Of a DNA stretch of 39,851 nucleotides, positions 1 through 7,657 are shown piece after piece. Origin of the DNA: a virus (taxonomy: Duplodnaviria; Caudoviricetes); IMG/VR virus record IMGVR_UViG_3300023092_000004, positions 1-39,851 of that record; one strand, given 5' to 3'. A program made the position numbers and the translations under genes. Positions within the stretch are counted from its first letter, which is position 1. Each line of letters opens with the position of its first letter. The notes beneath the pieces are model-generated. The model ran no database searches. It saw only the letters and a program-made list of their open reading frames with translations, and had not been told where the DNA came from.

Positions 1-4
1 GCCG

Positions 5-130
5 GGACATTGAGGTGCTCGAGGTGCGCAACCCAGCCACCGGCGCCTTCCTCGAGCTCGACGAGATCGAAGAGAGCGAGCGCGCCGCCGTCATCGAGCA
101 GGCCGGGGTCGTGGTGCGGACTTTCATGGA
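5..130. repeat. 126-bp terminal direct repeat, left copy (probable circular-assembly overlap)
   Basis: 5-130 is identical to 39726-39851. Bases 1-4 also match but lack one A relative to the right copy (gccg-ggac vs gccgaggac). Confidence 0.95.
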
Positions 131-557
131 GGCCCTGCCCATCGAGTGGAGTGAGTGCGCCCAGGCCAAGGAGGACGACAATCCGGGGTGGGGACCTCTC
201 CTTGCCGTCACCGAGTCTTCGTGGGTGGCCAGCGCGCGCCCCTCGGACATGTCCATCCTCGCCACCATCGCCGCCATGGCCCACCACGAGAAGGAGGCGG
301 AGATTGCCTTCTACCTCCTCCCCGGCTCGATCCGGTGCAGTATCCCCATGCTGAGCTACAGCCACAACCGCATGGCCGAGCGAGCGCTGGCGGCATTCAT
401 CACCCACGTCCTCGTCCACCGCGCCCAGGACCTCGCCACGGCGGCGGCCAAGCGGCGCGAGGCGGAGTGGAACGAGGCGCAGGAGGACCTGATGCGCGGC
501 GCTCGCCTGAGCTGGCACGTGGACATCGCGGTCAAGAACCTGAAGGAGGGCGCATGA
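15..557 (+). CDS. 3' part of the join-spanning hypothetical protein
   Basis: GC3-rich frame ending in an ATGA overlap with the next gene. Confidence 0.85.
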   Translation: MLEVRNPATGAFLELDEIEESERAAVIEQAGVVVRTFMEALPIEWSECAQAKEDDNPGWGPLLAVTESSWVASARPSDMSILATIAAMAHHEKEAEIAFYLLPGSIRCSIPMLSYSHNRMAERALAAFITHVLVHRAQDLATAAAKRREAEWNEAQEDLMRGARLSWHVDIAVKNLKEGA

Positions 558-664
558 GCCGCGACGACTTCCCGAGCGCCGAAGACACGATGTGGTGGGT
601 GATATTCCGAATGAACTGGTGCATGAAGTGGGGATTCTTCCCCGTCTCCAAGGCGCCAAGATGA
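554..664 (+). CDS. small hypothetical protein (36 aa)
   Basis: GGAGG SD and ATGA overlaps at both ends. Confidence 0.6.
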   Translation: MSRDDFPSAEDTMWWVIFRMNWCMKWGFFPVSKAPR

Positions 665-852
665 GCCCCGCCCTCTCACTGGAGACGCTCGTCATGGCGG
701 AGAAGGCCTCGCGCCGCCTCGCCCGCCTTGACACCCATACGCGGCTCATAAGCCACATGGCGATGGCCGCCGCACTCACCCCGGGGGCCTGCACGCCGCC
801 CTTCCTGGCGCGCCTGAGCGCCCTGTCCAACGCCGTCCTGGAGGAAGCATGA
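661..852 (+). CDS. hypothetical protein
   Basis: ATGA-coupled on both sides. Confidence 0.65.
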   Translation: MSPALSLETLVMAEKASRRLARLDTHTRLISHMAMAAALTPGACTPPFLARLSALSNAVLEEA

Positions 853-1247
853 CCTACACGCTCTGCACGAAAGACCAGCGTTGCGGAAAGCTCGACGGGC
901 ACGAGGGTGGATGCAGCGGCGAGCCCCCTCCCGCCGAGCCCACCACGGCGGAGGCGTTCGACACCCTGAAGGGGTGGCTGGACCTATACGGGAAGCACGG
1001 GACGCTGGTGGCAGGTCCGCAGGCCTGTCTCGCCCTGCTCGAGCGGCGTATGCAGGACTCCCCATCCCTGGCTGTACTCGTCGAAGGCTTCTGCTCCGAG
1101 GTGGAGAACGCGAAGTTCTCCCGCGACGCGCGGAGGAGTGGCGGTCAGACGACGGGGACGGTGAGCCCCTTCGAGCACGTGCAGCCGTCTGTAGCCATGG
1201 CGCTTGAGCGATGGGCACGCGACTTCCGCGATGCCCTGAAGAAGTGA
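849..1247 (+). CDS. hypothetical protein with an N-terminal Cys/His cluster
   Basis: GGAGG SD; CTKDQRC..GHEGGC. Confidence 0.75.
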   Translation: MTYTLCTKDQRCGKLDGHEGGCSGEPPPAEPTTAEAFDTLKGWLDLYGKHGTLVAGPQACLALLERRMQDSPSLAVLVEGFCSEVENAKFSRDARRSGGQTTGTVSPFEHVQPSVAMALERWARDFRDALKK

Positions 1248-1274
1248 ACCCGCAGCACCACGAAGGAGAAGCAC

Positions 1275-1394
1275 ATGGACCACGACGAAGCCCGCGCGCT
1301 GATGGAAGGCACCACAACCCCGCCCTCCCTGGAGCACCCGCCCGAGGCCGAGGAGGCGCCCAGCCCCTTCGAGCAGGGGCCTGACCGAGAGTAG
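1275..1394 (+). CDS. small acidic Pro-rich peptide (39 aa)
   Basis: AAGGAG SD, ATG GAC CAC...TAG; below the ORF-track cutoff. Confidence 0.5.
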   Translation: MDHDEARALMEGTTTPPSLEHPPEAEEAPSPFEQGPDRE

Positions 1395-1469
1395 TTGCCG
1401 CATGGCCCGCCATCCTCCTGGGTGGCGGGCTCGGGGCGTTGCGGGCAGCCCGTCCGCACTGGAGACCCT

Positions 1470-2102
1470 ATGAGAAACCTCGTCCTCGCCGTCCTGCTGC
1501 TCTCGCTCCCCGCTTCCGCCGGATACCAGTCCAGCGACCTTCCTCCCAGCGGAGCGTCCCTCTTCAAGGGGGCGGGCCGACAGGCCAACGAGTTCACGAA
1601 GAACGCGCGCGACATCTGGCTGGACGCACGACGGAGCGCCCGCGCTTCGCTGGAAACCACCCTCAACAACCCGGCCATCCGGAAGGCCGTTGGGGAGGAC
1701 ATCGATGCGCGCGGACGCATGTGCTACCTCTGGACGAAGGCCGACAAGAAGGTGCGCGCGGCGGCGAGCGTCATCGTCCAGGCCTGCATGGCGGCGAACC
1801 AGGCCACGCCGCTGTGGGTGTCCATCATGGTCAACAACTCCGCCGACATCGTGAAGGAGAACTGCAACAACCGGGATGACGGGAAGGGCGGGACGCGTCC
1901 GAAGAACCTCGGCCTCCGCTACCTTGAGGAGGAGGAGAGGGCCCAGCGCGACGCCAGCTACCGGCGGCAGTTCGACGCCATGGCCCGGGAAGACTGGGAC
2001 ACGCTGGTGGAGGTGCTCCGCGGCATGTCCGGGGCTCGCGTCCAGGGCATCCCCGCCCCCGAGTTCTTCCGGGACCTGGACAGGCTCGCGCCGGCGCACT
2101 GA
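1470..2102 (+). CDS. secreted protein with a Sec signal peptide
   Basis: GGAG SD; MRNLVLAVLLLSLPASA gives a basic N-terminus, hydrophobic core and A-x-A site. Confidence 0.8.
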   Translation: MRNLVLAVLLLSLPASAGYQSSDLPPSGASLFKGAGRQANEFTKNARDIWLDARRSARASLETTLNNPAIRKAVGEDIDARGRMCYLWTKADKKVRAAASVIVQACMAANQATPLWVSIMVNNSADIVKENCNNRDDGKGGTRPKNLGLRYLEEEERAQRDASYRRQFDAMAREDWDTLVEVLRGMSGARVQGIPAPEFFRDLDRLAPAH

Positions 2103-2133
2103 CGCCGTTTCGGTGACGGGGTAGTCTTCGGTT

Positions 2134-2520
2134 ATGCCCCGTCCTCCCCTACCTCCCGTACCCCCGGCCCTGCGCTGGGGTAGTAGCCTCGGGGCCCTGG
2201 CGATTATCGCCGGGGCCGTTGCGTTTCCCGCCCACCTCGGCATCTCGCCACGAGCTCGCCCCGACAAGCCGGTGCCAGTCGCCTTCGCCACGGATGTGGT
2301 GTGGCTGCCGCCCGGAGCGCTCACCTCGGACGCGGCCAAGGCATTCCCCGGGCAGAAGAAGCGACCGTGCCACCCGAAAGTTCAGGTGGAGTGGGACGGC
2401 GTATGCTGGATTCCGCACCGGTCCACACCACCGTGTCCCGAAGGCACGTTCGAGGGCGGCGGCCAGTGCCTCGTGCCAGTGGCCCCGGCGCCGAAACCGA
2501 ACACCTCAATGGGTCCGTAG
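2134..2520 (+). CDS. membrane-anchored Cys-rich protein resembling the C-terminal domain of Myxococcaceae Ser/Thr kinases, without a kinase domain
   Basis: One hydrophobic segment, then FPGQKKRPC-x-VEWDGVCW-x-PPCPE-x-GQCLVP-x-NTS. Confidence 0.7.
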   Translation: MPRPPLPPVPPALRWGSSLGALAIIAGAVAFPAHLGISPRARPDKPVPVAFATDVVWLPPGALTSDAAKAFPGQKKRPCHPKVQVEWDGVCWIPHRSTPPCPEGTFEGGGQCLVPVAPAPKPNTSMGP

Positions 2521-2533
2521 GGACTGCGGCGGA

Positions 2534-2562
2534 TTGCCACACACTGGGAGGCGTGGCACCTT
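2534..2562 (+). promoter_or_regulatory. sigma70-type promoter giving a leaderless transcript
   Basis: TTGCCA-17-CACCTT with a TG extension; ATG lies 6 nt downstream. Confidence 0.5.
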
Positions 2563-2568
2563 GACGTC

Positions 2569-2949
2569 ATGCCTCCAGTCCTACTCGCGGCCGACGTGCT
2601 GACCTCTGACACCCTGGTGCCCGTCGGCGCCGCCCTGTCCGTGCTACTGGTGGCGGTGGGTGGGGCGCGGGCATACGAGGCTCTCCGGAGCACGCAGAAC
2701 ACGCTCCGCGAGGATCTCGACGTCGTGGCCGACGACCTGAAGACGGCCAAGGAGCGCTCCGACAAGCGGCACGAAGACTTGGTGCACCGGGTTTCCACTA
2801 CCGAGTCGCGCGAGTCCGTTCATGACCAGCGCATGGCGGGAGTGGAGGATCACCTCCGCCAGCAGGACAGGAAGCTCGACAAGATCGACGACAAGTTGGA
2901 CCGCGTCCTGATGCGTGACGACCGGCGCCGCAAGGACGATGCCGCCTGA
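2569..2949 (+). CDS. single-TM plus coiled-coil protein (possible lysis accessory)
   Basis: N-terminal hydrophobic helix and a heptad tail (LDKIDDKLDRVL). Confidence 0.7.
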   Translation: MPPVLLAADVLTSDTLVPVGAALSVLLVAVGGARAYEALRSTQNTLREDLDVVADDLKTAKERSDKRHEDLVHRVSTTESRESVHDQRMAGVEDHLRQQDRKLDKIDDKLDRVLMRDDRRRKDDAA

Positions 2950-3389
2950 TGTACATTGGGCGCATGACCTACGACACCATCCCCGGACTCCGGGAGAGCA
3001 TCGCCCCCGCGCTGGACGAGAAGCGCCCCGTCATCACCACCACCGAGCCCGTCATCCGCCTCCCCGGGTGGGCCACGAAGCTCGCGGGCGGCCTGGCCAC
3101 CCTGGCCGGCGCGGCCTATGGCTTTCTCCCTCACCCCTGGAGCGCGGTGGCCGGCATCGTCGCCCTGGTGGCGGCCTTCCTGGCGCTCGCTCCGTCCCCG
3201 GCCATTCGCTTCAGCAAGCCGCTGGTGCCCGCCGCGCTGGTACCGCTCCTGCTCGCCGCGGCGGAGGCCGGGCAGCTCCTGGCGGCCAGCCTCCCCAGCC
3301 CCTTCGCGCAGTCCGCCGTCATGCTCGGTGCGGCCTTGCTCGCGGCCCTGGCGGGGAAGACGCTGCCCACCCGCGTCACCACCCGCTGA
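2949..3389 (+). CDS. multi-TM membrane protein, holin candidate (start may be 2964)
   Basis: About four Ala/Leu-rich helices. Confidence 0.6.
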   Translation: MYIGRMTYDTIPGLRESIAPALDEKRPVITTTEPVIRLPGWATKLAGGLATLAGAAYGFLPHPWSAVAGIVALVAAFLALAPSPAIRFSKPLVPAALVPLLLAAAEAGQLLAASLPSPFAQSAVMLGAALLAALAGKTLPTRVTTR

Positions 3390-3423
3390 AAAGACGAAGG
3401 ACCCGGTTGCCCGAGCCCTCGTC
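3388..3423 (-). terminator. intrinsic terminator
   Basis: GACGAGGG-CTCGG-GCAA-CCGGG-T-CCTTCGTC then TTTTC. Confidence 0.65.
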
Positions 3424-3516
3424 CGGCGTCTGCCGTGTGAAGTCCGTTGCCTGGACCCATTCAGCCGGACACGCCTGGGTTGCGCGGCATGCTTCGCAGC
3501 GTGCCCGCCGACCTCC
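3389..3516 (-). ncRNA. candidate sRNA 'B' (~128 nt)
   Basis: Promoter TTGCGT(3551-3546)-17-TACGTC(3528-3523), no convincing SD-led ORF, internal hairpins, ends in the terminator. Confidence 0.45.
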
Positions 3517-3551
3517 ACCCCAGACGTACTCCCGCCCGGTGCCTGACGCAA

Positions 3552-3935
3552 CTACTCGGGCGCTGCCGGGGACCAACCGCGCAGCAGGGCGTTGACGACG
3601 GACCACACGAGAGAGCGCCCATCCCGTTCCGCCATGGGGCTGCCGTTGGGGTATCTCGGCCCCTCCAGGGACGCCGCCACCTCATCGAGGCTCGAGTCGA
3701 AGCGGGCCCGCGCGCGCTGGTAGACGGGGTTGCTGGCGTCCATCTCCTTCAGAGCCCAATCACGGATGGATTCGGCCACCACTCGGGGTGACGCCCCGCT
3801 CTTCGCGAGCCGCTCGGCCAGGGTGTCGGCCTCGAGCGGGCCCTCGTCGTTGCGGCGGTGGATGCTGTCCACCAGCGCCTTGAACTCCGGCCCCTCGCCC
3901 CACGTCTCGGTCTGCGACTTCTGAAAATCGTGCAT
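3552..3935 (-). CDS. hypothetical protein (127 aa)
   Basis: AGGAG SD; GC3-rich frame. Confidence 0.8.
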   Translation of the reverse strand: MHDFQKSQTETWGEGPEFKALVDSIHRRNDEGPLEADTLAERLAKSGASPRVVAESIRDWALKEMDASNPVYQRARARFDSSLDEVAASLEGPRYPNGSPMAERDGRSLVWSVVNALLRGWSPAAPE

Positions 3936-3973
3936 GCGGTCTCCTACCTATAGAACGCTCGAAACGTCGAATG

Positions 3974-4207
3974 TTACCTGCGGCCGGAATAGAAGGCCTC
4001 TTCATCGACCATCGCCGCCTCGCTGAAGTGCTTCTCGTAGTAGGCCTCCACAGCCCTCAGGAAGGCCCACTGCGCCGATACGAAGGCGGAGGCCTCGGGG
4101 ATGCCGCGGTTGGCCCATTCCTGCGCCGGCGTCTCGTCCACAACGCCGCGCACGGAGCTCAGGGCCTGGATGGTGCTCTCGAATCGCGACTTCGCCTTCT
4201 CGTCCAT
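3974..4207 (-). CDS. small acidic hypothetical protein (77 aa)
   Basis: AGGAGG SD before ATG; C(UUCG)G hairpin in the leader. Confidence 0.8.
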   Translation of the reverse strand: MDEKAKSRFESTIQALSSVRGVVDETPAQEWANRGIPEASAFVSAQWAFLRAVEAYYEKHFSEAAMVDEEAFYSGRR

Positions 4208-4263
4208 TCGTCCTCCTGGTTGAACTGCATCGCCCGAAGGCATCACCGCGAGATACTTCTGCT

Positions 4264-4298
4264 GAAAGACGAAAGCCCCGGCGTGGGTGCCGAGGCTT
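4264..4298 (-). terminator. intrinsic terminator, similar to 3388-3423
   Basis: AAGCCTCGGC/GCCGGGGCTT stem then TCGTCTTTC. Both terminators end TTCGTCTTT(T)CAGC. Confidence 0.65.
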
Positions 4299-4402
4299 CC
4301 GAATCACGCTACGGGCCCGGGAACGTGTCCGGCGGTTACGCCTGGCGCGGGAGGTCCGCGTGGAGTCCAGGCTTGTGCCCTGCCGCCTTGCGAGGGGACG
4401 GC
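4265..4402 (-). ncRNA. candidate sRNA 'A' (~138 nt)
   Basis: Promoter TTGCAC(4437-4432)-17-TAGGGT(4414-4409), three hairpins, no SD-led ORF, ends in the terminator. Confidence 0.55.
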
Positions 4403-4444
4403 AGGGATACCCTACGGCCCGTCCGGCGGCGGTGCAAGTTCTGC

Positions 4445-4726
4445 TCAGATGGCGGCGTACTGGGTGAGCAGGAACGTCACCGGGAAGGCGCCGGGCGTTC
4501 CCTTCTTAGCGGAGTGGAACTGAAAGGAGTCCCCGCGCGGCACCTTGCGCCACCAGTCCTGGCCCCACTGGCATTGAGCCGGGTCCGCCGCGCACGAGTG
4601 CCTCCGGTCGCCGTAGCCGGCGTCGACAGCAGCGCGCATGTCCTCCTCCGCATGGTGCCCCTTGGCCCAGTACCCCAGGTCATCGTCATCACCGCCAAGG
4701 GCATGGAGTCGTTCGACGTCAATCAT
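4445..4726 (-). CDS. hypothetical protein
   Basis: ATGA-coupled with GGAGG; YWAKGHH and PGAFPVT segments. Confidence 0.75.
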   Translation of the reverse strand: MIDVERLHALGGDDDDLGYWAKGHHAEEDMRAAVDAGYGDRRHSCAADPAQCQWGQDWWRKVPRGDSFQFHSAKKGTPGAFPVTFLLTQYAAI

Positions 4727-5028
4727 CCCTTCGCCTCCTTCTTCCGGCGGCCCGCTTCGGCGCGCAGGATGTGAATGGCCTTGCCGCACGTGGCGGCCTC
4801 GGACTTCATGTCGGCGATCTCCGCGTTCGAGCGGGACTTCGCCGCGGTGCGCTGCCGGTCCAGCTCCGCTTGGCGCTTCGCAAGCACGCCCATCGCGTCC
4901 TCCAGGCCCGTCACGCGCTGCTCGGCCAGGAGGGCGTCCAGTTCAAGCACCGCGTCGTGTCCGTGATGGGGGTGCGTGTCCCGGAACATGTCAAGGTAGT
5001 GCCGCAGCCTCTTCTCGTGCTCGCTCAC
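4723..5028 (-). CDS. hypothetical protein (GTG start)
   Basis: GTGA overlap and SD. Confidence 0.7.
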   Translation of the reverse strand: MSEHEKRLRHYLDMFRDTHPHHGHDAVLELDALLAEQRVTGLEDAMGVLAKRQAELDRQRTAAKSRSNAEIADMKSEAATCGKAIHILRAEAGRRKKEAKG

Positions 5029-5219
5029 CCTTCGCTCCCGTGTCTCGCGCAAAACGGCACGTCCTCGTCGCCACACGTACATTCCGATGCAGCAGCGAGC
5101 GCACGTCCCGCGCACTGCCGTGCTTCCTCAACCTGCTCTGGGGCCTTGTGCGGGTCCGCCCGAATGCGCTCGTACTCGGCCACGGCGAAATCGGCATCCA
5201 ACTGCGCTTGTGTCTTCAT
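5025..5219 (-). CDS. hypothetical protein with a CTC...C-x-x-H motif
   Basis: ATGA overlap and SD. Confidence 0.7.
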   Translation of the reverse strand: MKTQAQLDADFAVAEYERIRADPHKAPEQVEEARQCAGRALAAASECTCGDEDVPFCARHGSEG

Positions 5220-6202
5220 CCCTCGCTCCCCGGCTCGTTGTCCGGCGGCTGCGCGTCGGGATGGGACATCGGCAGGTCCCGCACGGGCTCGGGCTGCTTC
5301 CCGGCGCTCACGTCGAAGTCGGCGAAGACGCCGCCGTTGGACTCGGCCAGGGCGGGCACATCGCCACGGAGGGCAGCCACATTCGCCTCCATCTTCGCGC
5401 GCACCTTGGGACCCATCTTCTGGTTGGCCAGAACCCACTCGCCCTCTTGGAGGCAGGCGGCGCGCTGCTCGGGCGTGAGCGTGGAGATGGCCTGCCCCTT
5501 GTGGGCACCGAACTCGACGATGGGTCCGGTCGGCGGGGGAGGGGCCTCGCTCGTGGCGCTCACCACCGTCCCCATGACGGCCTCCACCTTCGACACGAGC
5601 GGGGCTGCCTCGTTCATCTCCTCGGCGATGTAGAGGCCCCCGAAGGCCACGGGGTAGGCCTTGCGGAGCGCCGCCACCTCGGCGCACTTCGTCATCTGGC
5701 CGCCCAGGTCCTTCGCCCAGAAGTCGGAGTTGCCGCTTCGCGAGCCCGCCGGGAGCCACGCCACCACGGGCCGCTCGCCCTTCTTCGTGACGCGCCCCCA
5801 GGCCCCCCTGAAGTTTCCACGGACGCCAGCAGGGTTGAACTTATGGACCACCTCCCCCGCTCCCTGGTCGATGGAGACAAGGTCCTTCTCGTACACCGCG
5901 CCCCCATCCACGCTCACGAAGTCGGGGAACTTCCCGGCCCGGGCGCGCATGCCCTCGGCGCTCGGCTGGAAGGTGTAGACGCGTCCCTTGTGCTTGTCGT
6001 TCCGGGGGATGCAGTGCGCCTCGCCGATGAGCGGGTTGAGGCCGCTCGCTTGGCAGCGCTTCAGAAAGGCGTAGAACTCCACGTCGGGGATGTCGGCGGG
6101 GCAGCAGGCCCGCCGAACTGCGTCCACGAGGCTCCGAGACCACTCGGTGGTCACCAGCGTATCCAGGATGCTCGGCTCTCGCTTCTCGATGGCGGTACTC
6201 AT
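5216..6202 (-). CDS. bet: ssDNA-annealing recombinase, Red-beta/RecT family
   Basis: FLKRCQASGLNPLIGEAHCIP, EGMRARA, GAWGRV and MTKCAEVAALRKAYP..FGGLYIAEEM motifs. Confidence 0.9.
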   Translation of the reverse strand: MSTAIEKREPSILDTLVTTEWSRSLVDAVRRACCPADIPDVEFYAFLKRCQASGLNPLIGEAHCIPRNDKHKGRVYTFQPSAEGMRARAGKFPDFVSVDGGAVYEKDLVSIDQGAGEVVHKFNPAGVRGNFRGAWGRVTKKGERPVVAWLPAGSRSGNSDFWAKDLGGQMTKCAEVAALRKAYPVAFGGLYIAEEMNEAAPLVSKVEAVMGTVVSATSEAPPPPTGPIVEFGAHKGQAISTLTPEQRAACLQEGEWVLANQKMGPKVRAKMEANVAALRGDVPALAESNGGVFADFDVSAGKQPEPVRDLPMSHPDAQPPDNEPGSEG

Positions 6203-6423
6203 CCCTCGCTCCTTCCCGTTTCTTCGTAGATGGCGCCAAACACCGTGTCGCCCGCGCGCTGCTCTTCTTTCGTGGACACGTGCACGTCCCCGGACATCAT
6301 CAGGTAGCCGTAGCGTCCCGCCTTGCGGATGGCCTCCAACTCGTTGCATGCCTCGTCGTACAGCTCTGTGGGAATGTCCATGCTCGCCGCATGCAGCGCC
6401 TGCTCAATCTTCTTCGTGCTCAT
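6199..6423 (-). CDS. hypothetical protein
   Basis: Coupled on both sides. Confidence 0.7.
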   Translation of the reverse strand: MSTKKIEQALHAASMDIPTELYDEACNELEAIRKAGRYGYLMMSGDVHVSTKEEQRAGDTVFGAIYEETGRSEG

Positions 6424-7394
6424 CGCTTCTTCTCCTCCCGGCCCACCAAGGGCCGCGTGCTCTTCATCGTCGTGTGCTTCGTCACCAACTCGGAGAACGT
6501 GAATCGTCCCTCCGTCATCTCGCGCGCCACCTTCTCCCAGTCCGTGGTCGCCGTCTCCTTCGTGGCCGCGAAGTCCACCCGCCACCCCGGACCCACGAGC
6601 CCCGGCACCTCACGCAGGAGGTGTTGCACCTGCCGCGAGAGCGCCTTTTCGTTCTTCTCCCACGACCTCCGGGCCGCATTGGCTTCCAGCCAGTTCGTCA
6701 CCAGGGCCTGCTGCTCGGCCGTGAGTGCCTCCCAGCGCATGGGCTCGGACTTGGGCTTCGGGCGCGGGTAGAGTGCCAGGAGCGCCTCCGCGTCGCGCTC
6801 GAGCAGCACCAGGTTGGGCCCCTCGGGGCAGCGCTGCGTCACCACGAAGTCCCGCCAGAAGCGCTCACCAGCCGCCTGCATGCGCTCCCACGCCTCGGGG
6901 ACGTGCTGCACCGGGTAGGTGCACTGCTCGCCGAAGAGCAGCACGGAGAGGTCCACGTCCCCCGTGTCCCAGAAGCCGGTGTCCAGGCAGAACCCGCCTT
7001 GCGCCTGGACCTGAAGCCAGTAGGACTCCGGCACCTCGTCCGTACCCAGCGCGCCCCAGCCCTCGCGCGACTGGGCGCGCTTGAACTCCACGCCGCGGCG
7101 CCCATCCGGCGTGTCCACGGCCGTGTCATCCGGGCTGCATCGTGCCCACGGCAGAAGCGGGTGACGGAGGCTCTTCGGCGGACCTTCGAGCGCGTAGCCC
7201 GTGGCCTGCCGGTAGAGCGCACGGTTGTAGTCCTCCGCCGCGTGGCCACCCTTCGTGGCCTCGTTGCCGCCCCAATGGTGCCCGTGGACGATGCGCGCCC
7301 AGAGCGCGACGGGGCCGCTCCATGGCGACTTCCCGAGCAGGGCTGGCATGTCCGAGGCCCCGATACGCTTCATGTCCTCCGGGCTCAGGCTCAC
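6420..7394 (-). CDS. YqaJ/lambda-exonuclease-like nuclease
   Basis: IGASDMPALLGKSPW, GHAAE, SPD, VEFK and PESYWLQVQAQ motifs; close to bet. Confidence 0.9.
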   Translation of the reverse strand: MSLSPEDMKRIGASDMPALLGKSPWSGPVALWARIVHGHHWGGNEATKGGHAAEDYNRALYRQATGYALEGPPKSLRHPLLPWARCSPDDTAVDTPDGRRGVEFKRAQSREGWGALGTDEVPESYWLQVQAQGGFCLDTGFWDTGDVDLSVLLFGEQCTYPVQHVPEAWERMQAAGERFWRDFVVTQRCPEGPNLVLLERDAEALLALYPRPKPKSEPMRWEALTAEQQALVTNWLEANAARRSWEKNEKALSRQVQHLLREVPGLVGPGWRVDFAATKETATTDWEKVAREMTEGRFTFSELVTKHTTMKSTRPLVGREEKKR

Positions 7395-7657
7395 GGTTTC
7401 TTCTCCTTCGGCCACGCCATGATGGACGCGGCGGGATGGGGTTCAAGGATGGGTCCATCCGAGCCCTTGCAGTCCTTCGGGCTACCCATCCACGCCCCAT
7501 CCGGCCCGTTGCGGTAGCGGTTGCTGTTCTTGCGCGAGAGCATCTCCCACCCACATTCAGAGCGCCTGCACGGCTTCACCACGCGCTCCTGTCCGTCCAC
7601 GACTTCCACCCGAAAGGCCGGACTCCAGTCGTGCTGCCACGGCTCGCGCGTCTTCAT
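7391..7657 (-). CDS. hypothetical Cys-containing protein
   Basis: Coupled ORF. Confidence 0.65.
   Translation of the reverse strand: MKTREPWQHDWSPAFRVEVVDGQERVVKPCRRSECGWEMLSRKNSNRYRNGPDGAWMGSPKDCKGSDGPILEPHPAASIMAWPKEKKP

Noticed and set aside
1-130. Terminal repeat as a biological DTR
   Set aside because: It falls mid-gene and its length is typical of an assembler k-mer overlap, so it indicates circularity only.
3461-3490. MPRNPGVSG mini-ORF inside candidate RNA B
   Set aside because: The GGAGG is ~21 nt from the ATG, too far for an SD. Not fully excluded.
4311-4422. Plus-strand four-way junction with a GCGA tetraloop (ribozyme- or tRNA-like)
   Set aside because: No ribozyme core or tRNA loops were recognised, and the promoter and terminator both point to the minus strand.
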